The notes beneath the pieces are model-generated. The model did not search any database and was not told the DNA's origin. It worked only from the letters and a program-made list of their open reading frames with translations. A stretch of DNA of 23,653 nt from an archaeon (GTDB lineage: Archaea > Iainarchaeota > Iainarchaeia > Iainarchaeales > 1-14-0-10-31-34), in assembly GCA_043815885.1 (NCBI GenBank), contig JBDRIL010000038.1, forward strand, positions 1 to 23,653, written 5' to 3'. A program made the position numbers and the translations under genes. Within the stretch, counting starts at the first letter, position 1. Every line of letters begins with the position of its first letter. Below are positions 17,471 through 23,653 of this stretch, piece after piece.

Positions 17471-18576
17471 TTTATTGCTGCATTCAAATCAGCATTCAAC
17501 TCATAACCACATTTTTTACACTTAAAAACTGAACCAACTCTATTGCTTTTACTTGTAAAACCACATTTATTGCAACGCTGAGAACTGAACTTTGGAGAAA
17601 CATAAACTACTGGAATACCATTCCAAGCAGCCTTGTATTCAATGAATAACTGCAACTGACTGAAAGTCCAAGAATGAAGCAAACCATTCAATTTCTTACT
17701 TGACTTCAATCGATTCCTAATATGCTTTAAGTCCTCCAAAACAATTACAGGATTCTTAACCTGCAATGCCTGTTTTACGATAACTGCACTTACTTTATGA
17801 TTCAAGTCCTGCATAAAACATTTCTCCTTATACTTGCTCTTTTTCACTCTCCAAAGCTTCTTGAAACGCATTAACTGTTTCCTGAATTCATTGAAATGGT
17901 TTCTAACAGCAATAGACTTCCTTCCAGAAAAAAACCTTACACTCAAAGGCTTGTCTTTCCAAATCACAGAAGTGGAAACATTATTCAAACCCAAATCAAC
18001 ACCAACAGGAACACTATTTGCATCCGGTTCTTTTATAGTCACCTCCCTTTTAACAACAACATAAAAGAAAAAATCATTACCACGCTTAACCAATTCAACA
18101 CAAGCCATTCCAAGCTCTTCATTCAACAATTTCCTCAAATACATATACTGATGCCTTTGTCCCAGCAAAGGAACAAACATTCTGCCAGAACAAGTGGAAA
18201 CAGAAGCAAAAAACTCGAGCTTGTTATCAGTTCTGATTATCTTAAAAGTTCTAGAATCCAACCTAACAGGAGCTCCACCAGAAAAAACAGGTACAGAAAC
18301 CTTCAACCCCTTCTTTTTCTTACTCAAATAAGACTTGAATGCCTCCAAAGCCTTATCCCTAGCTGACTGCAACAAAGCAGAAGGCAAAGAAGAAGACTTC
18401 CTCAATTCACTATAAGTCAATTCATGCAAAACAGTCTTAGAAACAACTTTTCTCTCAGCCATCACTCTAACATAATAATTCAACAACTTACCATTCTCAA
18501 TAAGCAAATCCAAAAAAGTTTCCTTAACCCTAGTTGGATTAAACACTTTAACCTTAACAGTTTTAAAAACTTGCAT
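17338..18576 (-). CDS. tnpB: RNA-guided endonuclease TnpB, 412 aa
   Basis: RuvC-I VGVDLG, RuvC-II IVLEDL, W-x-F-x-QL...IEYKA, SSQRCNKCG...FKCKKCG zinc ribbon, RuvC-III NADLNAAINL. The D-E-D triad is intact. The stop codon falls within the right-end hairpin. Confidence 0.95.
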   Translation of the reverse strand: MQVFKTVKVKVFNPTRVKETFLDLLIENGKLLNYYVRVMAERKVVSKTVLHELTYSELRKSSSLPSALLQSARDKALEAFKSYLSKKKKGLKVSVPVFSGGAPVRLDSRTFKIIRTDNKLEFFASVSTCSGRMFVPLLGQRHQYMYLRKLLNEELGMACVELVKRGNDFFFYVVVKREVTIKEPDANSVPVGVDLGLNNVSTSVIWKDKPLSVRFFSGRKSIAVRNHFNEFRKQLMRFKKLWRVKKSKYKEKCFMQDLNHKVSAVIVKQALQVKNPVIVLEDLKHIRNRLKSSKKLNGLLHSWTFSQLQLFIEYKAAWNGIPVVYVSPKFSSQRCNKCGFTSKSNRVGSVFKCKKCGYELNADLNAAINLAKTFSSSYMFGEAGNVAMPLTVAVKKRLPKNVSVVDHGSLRL

Positions 18577-18600
18577 ACAATAAAAAGAGTAATTAGAGGC

Positions 18601-18615
18601 TTATAAAGCATTTCG
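18601..18615 (-). promoter_or_regulatory. Archaeal BRE + TATA promoter of tnpB (leaderless)
   Basis: The minus strand reads CGAAA-TGC-TTTATAA, ending ~25 nt upstream of the tnpB ATG (18576), which is canonical archaeal spacing. Confidence 0.65.
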
Positions 18616-18669
18616 GGAGAGTAGATTTCCGATGAAATATCCAACAACCAAAGATGTTGGTTTTCTCAC

Positions 18670-18681
18670 AGAATATTATAT
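18670..18681 (+). repeat. 12-bp direct repeat copy 2 (AGAATATTATAT)
   Basis: Exact match to 17309-17320. It abuts the predicted TTAT target tetranucleotide. Confidence 0.9.
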
Positions 18682-18698
18682 ATAATTTTCTATATAAA
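18676..18698 (+). promoter_or_regulatory. Candidate TATA box(es) for giant protein 3
   Basis: TTATATATAA (18676-18685) and TATATAAA (18691-18698) lie 33-55 nt upstream of ATG 18731, followed by a purine-rich AAGGAAGGA SD-like tract. Which box is used cannot be determined from sequence. Confidence 0.4.
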
Positions 18699-18730
18699 GA
18701 ATCATACGAAGTGAAAGGAAGGAATAATTG

Positions 18731-21700
18731 ATGGGCTTAAAGGAATTTTATTATTCCATGGAAGACAAATGGTATGGTTTGCTGGATAAGATTGATAAAA
18801 AGATTCCGGTTTATAAGGTAATAGATAAAATCGATAAAGTGATTCCTTCCTTTATTCTGTTTCTGATAATTATAGCAATTATTATAATTGCACTTGCAAT
18901 ACTGCTGCTTGGTTCTATTGCGCCGGAAATGACTACAGTTAAATTCAAGGTAATGGATGAAGAGGGGATTACACTAAGCGGGATAGAGGCACTGATTTCT
19001 TGGGATGGGAATGAATTAAGTGAGCTTAGTGATGATGAAGGATTGATTCAGGCAGAAGTGTGGCTTGGAGCAGAATTAACTGTATTGATAGAGGAAGCAA
19101 GATTTGAGGAATACGAGAAAACATTTATTGTAATGGAGAGAGAGCAGGCATTTAATATTGTATTGACAAGGAAGGAAATCCCTGCACAGGAAATTACTGT
19201 GGAGTTTACTTCTAAGGGAGCACTGATTACTGGAAAGGAAATAAAATTAAAGGTTAGTTGCAGTCCGTACATTCCGCTGGAAAAGACAACCTACTTTGAT
19301 GACGACAAGGATGGAAGGATTACAGTAATAAAGCCAGGCGAATGCGATGTAATGGAAGGGACAGCAACAATTGACGGATATAAATCAAAGAAAAAGATAC
19401 TGAATGACGCATACGAGGAATTCGATTTGGAGGAGGAAGGTCAGCCAATAAATCCTTCAGAGGAAGAAGGAAAGATCCAGGTAGAAGTAGAGGACATGGA
19501 TGGGGGAATTCTTGATGATATTCTTGTAACACTGTATGATGACTATGATGTTTATTTGGATTCAGATTACACGATAAACGGAACAGTAATATTTGATTAC
19601 CTGGAACCGGGATATTATTCAATTGTAGTGGAAGACGATTTGGATGGAAGATATGGAACAGAGAGGGAAGGAAACCTTAGAGTTTATTCAGATGAAACCA
19701 CTTATGTTACAGTTCAAATGCAAAAAGAATCTTACACTATAATTGCAAGGGTAATGGATCTGAGTTCAGAGGAAAGAATTCCAGATGCAACAGTGGAATT
19801 AAAGGATGTTGAAGGAAGCCTTATTGGTTCAAGGGATACAGGAGAGGATGGAGAGGACGTTAATTTTTCAGTTAGTGATGAAGTGCCTGCATTCATTTAC
19901 GCAAGAGCAGAAGGCTACTTGCCGAATGAAATTGACTTGAATTCAGATACAAGGGAAGTAGATATTTATTTAGAGGTAATGACTCCGGAGAACAGTGGAA
20001 GGATTCATATAAATGTAGTTGATGAAGACGACAAGGCAGTGGAGAATGCAAGAGTACTGATAATGGATGCAGAGACTGATTTCAGGGCAAATTATCCTGC
20101 AAAGTTTTCTGATGCAGACGGAAACGTGAATTACACAGGAGTAAAGGAAGGAACCTATTACATTCTCGCGCAGAAGGGAAGGGCAGAAGGAAAGAGCGGA
20201 GAAAAAACAATTGAAATAGATGAAGTAAATGAATTTTTGGTGCAGGTAGAGTTTGGGGATACTACACTGAATATAGAGATAGTGGATGAGGACGGAAAAG
20301 CAATTATTGGCCCGGGCTCGGAAGCAGAGGTAAGGAATGCATCTGACGGAGAACTTCTTGGGACAGTGGTTCTTGTACCAGAAGGAAAAGGAGAAATCAC
20401 TTTAAGGGCAGACAAGACTGTTTATGTCGTGGCTTATGCAGAAGGATTTGAACAGACACAAACCACCCCAATTGAATTGATTAAGGATGAAATAATTGAT
20501 GTACAGATAATGCTCAAAAGGCCTTTAGTAATAGAAAACCCAGTAATTGAAATGACTATATTTGATGAAGAAAAAAAGGAAGTAGGAACAAATGTCCCAT
20601 TAATGAAAGGAAAAGAATACACTGCAAAATTAAAGCTAAGGATTCCGCAGAATCCTGGAGTGCAGAGAGCGGGAATTCATTTCAGGGTTGGAACGTCTCC
20701 AGCAATGGAGAACGATGACCTTTACTTAAAGGACATCATTGTATCCAATGCAATGATAATAAAAGGAACCACATGGAATAAGGATTCGTACGAGGAAGAT
20801 AAAAGTTATATAGTGGATGCAGCAGAAAAAGGAAAATGGGTTAACATTGAATGGCAGAATGCCGAGCCAGGAACATATGAAGCAAAGATAAAATTCTTTG
20901 TGAAGCTTGATGCAGAGGATGAGGCTCTTGCAGGAATTTATTACAATGGATGGTTTGCAACTAAATCCGGAAACCAATACAGAGATCCAGAAGACTTTGA
21001 GTCCGCGCAAATAATGTATGCTAATGTGCATTCTCCTGAATACTATATTGAATTGATTCCGGAAATAGAGAAAGTAATAAAAATGACCGAGGAAAAGATA
21101 CTGAATTTGAATGAAACTTATGAAGTGTACGAAGAAGAGCCTTATTTGCTGCAGGATAACGGAAAGTTCAGGTATGACTTCACTATCACTAATATGAGTG
21201 ATGAAGTATACGATGATTTATTGCTTTCAATAAGGAACTATGATAATGGAAAGCTGCAGGAAGACATTGAGTTCGACAATTACACTATTTCTGCTGATGT
21301 TACTAAAAACGGGAATGCAAATAATGCAAACGAGATACTGAATATTGCCACCGGAAGATTCAGAAGTTATAAGACAATAGAGGGAGAAATTGATTTCACT
21401 ACAAAGGAAGAAGGAAAGACACTAATTCAAATAAAGTTATTGGACAGGAAAACACATACATATATTTTTACCAGTGAACTTGAATTCGAGGTCGTGGCTG
21501 ACGGAAAAATAATTTTGAAAGAAGAAAAGATACTGAATTTGAATGAAGAAATTTCAGTATATGAGATTGAACCCTATAATTTGAGTGTACATGGAGACTA
21601 TCAATATGAATTCACTCTAAAGAATATGAGCAATAAAAGCTACAATAATCCCGCGCTGACTTTAATGAATTCAGATAATGGAAGTGTAATGAAGGAAGAC

Positions 21701-23653
21701 ATTGGTTTTGGAAAATACAAATTCGTGGATGGAATAAATGTAAACGGGGATGTACACAATGAGAATGAAATAGAGAATATAGGGATAGGGGATTTCAGCA
21801 GGAACGATATGGTTAACGGGGAAACAGAATTCAAAACAGAGAAAGAAGAAACTGCCACAGCAATATTCATGAAATTAACTGACAAGGACTCAAAGGAAGT
21901 AGTGTTTACTCATAAGACTTCTTTCAGGATTATTTCTGATAATACTTTCCTGATTGATTTCAGCCCGGAAACAATTCCTGCATACAAGGAAACAGACTTA
22001 GAGGTAGTAATCAGGGATGAAAAGAAGAAGGAGCCGGTTGAGGGGACAAGGGTTACAGTAAAGATTCAGGAAATCGGGAAGAGGGCAACAGGAATAAGGA
22101 CAAAAGAAACCCCTGAAAATGGAAGGGTTAACTTCTTTATTGAATCCCTTTCACCAGAACACGTTATATGGATTGAGGCAAAGAAGACAGGATTTATTAC
22201 TAAAAAGATTTACATTACACTGGACGGGCTGGAATTAGATATCCCAGAAGAATGCACTGAAGTAGATGAAGCCTGTATAAGGGATGAAAATGTACAGTTG
22301 GAAGAGGTAATTGGAGTAGAGCCAAAGAGAATTAATTCTGACTTAAAGGTAGGAGACAAGGAAGAAGAAATATTTGGATTGATCTTCAATAACAAGATTG
22401 GAATTGATTTCTATATCTCTGATTTAACTATTGTTCCGGAATTTACCTGGAATGGACTGGTAAAGAATGTGCAGATGCAGAACTGGCTGAACCAATGGGT
22501 CCAGGGAAAAGGAAGAAAAACAGTAATCCCGGCTTACGGCCCTAATAATGATTCTTCACTGAAAACAGTAATTAATCCAAGCATGGTTAGGAACCAGGAA
22601 GCAGTGGAAGGAACATTAATAATAAATGTAAGGAATGACGAGCACGACAGAGAGTATGCTTATTCAATTCCAGTGGAAATAGGTGTTTCTCCTGGAGGGT
22701 TTGTGGAAGTACAGAATTGCCTGATTGTATCAGGACCTGAAGTTCCGGAATGGATTGCCTCAGCAGAACCAGGACAGCCTTCTACTATTCACTTTACTTT
22801 AACGAATAACTGCAAGGTAGGAGACAGGTATGTTGAATTAGAGAATGTACAGGCAAAATTAGACTGGAAGAGCAATCAAATAGGAAGCTTTGATTTGGCA
22901 TTAAACGGAGGGTCTGTATCCCTTAAGGGAAGCTCTTGGGTAATTGCCTTGGACAGGATGGATCCAGAAGAAGTACTGGATGGATATCTAACCTTTACTC
23001 CTCTAGGACTGACTAAAGCACAATTGAATGCAGAAGCAATGATTCACTTCAACGGAGAAGTATTAGCCAGAGGAGGAGAAGGCTCAGCAGTAATGATGAA
23101 AGTGAATACAGAAAACGCAAGCAATACCTTTATCCACGCTGATTTGAAAATAATTAATTTAAGGAAATGCATTAACACTGTTCCTGATGAAATAATAAGC
23201 TTTGATGAAAACTCTTTTGAAGAAGAATTAACTATTGAAAATAAATGCGATATTCCTTTGAAGATAAGGCTATGCAAGGATGAAGGAGTATGGGGATGTG
23301 GAATGGATTCAGATGTACTGCAATTTGAGGGATTCCAATTCAAACAAGCTGAAAGAAACTTCCCTGAATTCGAATTAGATTCAAATGGAGAAAGAACTTT
23401 AACCATTAAAAGAAAGGAATTCCTTCCTTTAGGAGCTTACAGCATCAAGATTGAGGCAAGACAGGTTGAAGACAATGAATTCTATTACAGGGAAATAGCA
23501 AGGCCAAGAGTAGAGATACTTGGCTCATTATACATGGAAAAATTATTCCTCGCAATCGATAAAGAAGGAGGAAAGTATTTAGCAGAACAAGACATACTGC
23601 ATAATAAAGAAGTTGGTAAGGATGGTTTTGGAGCATATGTTGACCCAATCTGG
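18731..23653 (+). CDS. Giant membrane-anchored surface protein 3 (>1641 aa, 3'-truncated by window; absent from ORF track)
   Basis: Manual translation: MGLKEFYYSMEDKWYGLLDKIDKKIPVYKVIDKIDKVIPSFILFLIIIAIIIIALAILLLG... The frame is consistent at checkpoints and open at the window end (...GKDGFGAYVDPIW). It shares RADKTVYV, AGIHFRVG, MENDDLYLK, GKWVNIEW, YRDPED, FTLTNNC and WKSNQIGSF with the paralogs. Confidence 0.9.
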   Translation, partial: MGLKEFYYSMEDKWYGLLDKIDKKIPVYKVIDKIDKVIPSFILFLIIIAIIIIALAILLLGSIAPEMTTVKFKVMDEEGITLSGIEALISWDGNELSELSDDEGLIQAEVWLGAELTVLIEEARFEEYEKTFIVMEREQAFNIVLTRKEIPAQEITVEFTSKGALITGKEIKLKVSCSPYIPLEKTTYFDDDKDGRITVIKPGECDVMEGTATIDGYKSKKKILNDAYEEFDLEEEGQPINPSEEEGKIQVEVEDMDGGILDDILVTLYDDYDVYLDSDYTINGTVIFDYLEPGYYSIVVEDDLDGRYGTEREGNLRVYSDETTYVTVQMQKESYTIIARVMDLSSEERIPDATVELKDVEGSLIGSRDTGEDGEDVNFSVSDEVPAFIYARAEGYLPNEIDLNSDTREVDIYLEVMTPENSGRIHINVVDEDDKAVENARVLIMDAETDFRANYPAKFSDADGNVNYTGVKEGTYYILAQKGRAEGKSGEKTIEIDEVNEFLVQVEFGDTTLNIEIVDEDGKAIIGPGSEAEVRNASDGELLGTVVLVPEGKGEITLRADKTVYVVAYAEGFEQTQTTPIELIKDEIIDVQIMLKRPLVIENPVIEMTIFDEEKKEVGTNVPLMKGKEYTAKLKLRIPQNPGVQRAGIHFRVGTSPAMENDDLYLKDIIVSNAMIIKGTTWNKDSYEEDKSYIVDAAEKGKWVNIEWQNAEPGTYEAKIKFFVKLDAEDEALAGIYYNGWFATKSGNQYRDPEDFESAQIMYANVHSPEYYIELIPEIEKVIKMTEEKILNLNETYEVYEEEPYLLQDNGKFRYDFTITNMSDEVYDDLLLSIRNYDNGKLQEDIEFDNYTISADVTKNGNANNANEILNIATGRFRSYKTIEGEIDFTTKEEGKTLIQIKLLDRKTHTYIFTSELEFEVVADGKIILKEEKILNLNEEISVYEIEPYNLSVHGDYQYEFTLKNMSNKSYNNPALTLMNSDNGSVMKEDIGFGKYKFVDGINVNGDVHNENEIENIGIGDFSRNDMVNGETEFKTEKEETATAIFMKLTDKDSKEVVFTHKTSFRIISDNTFLIDFSPETIPAYKETDLEVVIRDEKKKEPVEGTRVTVKIQEIGKRATGIRTKETPENGRVNFFIESLSPEHVIWIEAKKTGFITKKIYITLDGLELDIPEECTEVDEACIRDENVQLEEVIGVEPKRINSDLKVGDKEEEIFGLIFNNKIGIDFYISDLTIVPEFTWNGLVKNVQMQNWLNQWVQGKGRKTVIPAYGPNNDSSLKTVINPSMVRNQEAVEGTLIINVRNDEHDREYAYSIPVEIGVSPGGFVEVQNCLIVSGPEVPEWIASAEPGQPSTIHFTLTNNCKVGDRYVELENVQAKLDWKSNQIGSFDLALNGGSVSLKGSSWVIALDRMDPEEVLDGYLTFTPLGLTKAQLNAEAMIHFNGEVLARGGEGSAVMMKVNTENASNTFIHADLKIINLRKCINTVPDEIISFDENSFEEELTIENKCDIPLKIRLCKDEGVWGCGMDSDVLQFEGFQFKQAERNFPEFELDSNGERTLTIKRKEFLPLGAYSIKIEARQVEDNEFYYREIARPRVEILGSLYMEKLFLAIDKEGGKYLAEQDILHNKEVGKDGFGAYVDPIW
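21089..21950 (+). repeat. Tandem ~144-aa domain duplication within giant protein 3
   Basis: Identical 24-mer GAAAAGATACTGAATTTGAATGAA at 21092-21115 and 21524-21547 (432 bp apart). The units align: EEKILNLNE..VYE.EPY.L...G...Y.FT..NMS...Y....L...N.DNG...EDI.F..Y...NEI.NI..G.F......GE..F.T. Confidence 0.85.

Larger units (their letters stand above)
17321..18681 (-). mobile_element. IS200/IS605-family non-autonomous (tnpB-only, IS1341-like) insertion sequence, ~1361 bp
   Basis: On the minus strand, right end = GAAG-CCTACGCCTTTAGGCGTGGG-AGGATG-TCAC| (hairpin 17331-17350, TCAC 17321-17324). Left end = TTAT|17 nt-AAAA-CCAACATCTTTGGTTGTTGG (hairpin 18641-18660, TTAT 18682-18685). Both guide/cleavage pairs (GAAG/TCAC, AAAA/TTAT) follow the IS608 pairing rule (GAAT/TCAA, AAAG/TTAC). 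No tnpA inside. Confidence 0.85.

Noticed and set aside
17338..18576. Possible Cas12f/Cas14 CRISPR effector or nuclease-dead TldR
   Set aside because: No CRISPR array or cas genes in the window, canonical IS200/IS605 ends are present, and the catalytic D-E-D residues are intact.
17834..18606. Short + strand ORFs inside tnpB
   Set aside because: Antisense shadows of tnpB. None has the HUH/Tyr motifs of TnpA or serine-recombinase motifs.
17321..18669. GTGA...TCAC as terminal inverted repeats of a DDE-type transposon with a 12-bp TSD
   Set aside because: Only 4 bp are inverted and there is no DDE transposase. The two hairpins are directly oriented and obey IS608-type guide rules. A TSD origin is kept only as an alternative in the findings.
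21092..21547. 24-bp repeat pair as CRISPR repeats or a DGR template/variable pair
   Set aside because: Only two copies, 432 bp apart and in frame within a duplicated domain. No adenine-specific mismatch pattern was seen and there is no reverse transcriptase in the window.
405..23648. Numerous 60-209 aa minus-strand ORFs (e.g. 5285..5914, 14662..15144)
   Set aside because: They are S/F/L/I-rich shadows of the purine-rich + strand genes, lie essentially within long ORFs, and show no motifs.

Overview
AT-rich, archaeal-style window (TATA/BRE promoters, class III signal peptide, acidic Cys-rich secreted proteins). It is most consistent with a DPANN archaeon; the giant-protein N-termini recall Ca. 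Diapherotrites/Iainarchaeota, which is unverified. The + strand carries a co-oriented cell-surface cluster: (1) the 3' part of a gene ending in a lysozyme-like/lytic transglycosylase domain, probably with a 1-nt frameshift near its end; (2) a 606-aa Cys-rich type IV pilin-like protein; (3-5) three tandem paralogous giant membrane-anchored proteins (~2543 aa, 2313 aa, >1641 aa; the last runs off the window and is missing from the ORF track). The giants share an N-terminal motif plus TM helix and beta-sandwich repeats, the two complete ones share a C-terminal block, and each has different inserts. A tnpB-only IS200/IS605 element (17321-18681, minus strand) sits between giants 2 and 3, with both end hairpins, guide tetranucleotides and cleavage sites readable. 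Unusually, its first 12 nt are identical to the first 12 nt of its predicted omegaRNA guide, next to the TTAT target motif. The best candidate new system is the muramidase + pilin + giant-protein locus as a host-contact or wall-breaching apparatus.
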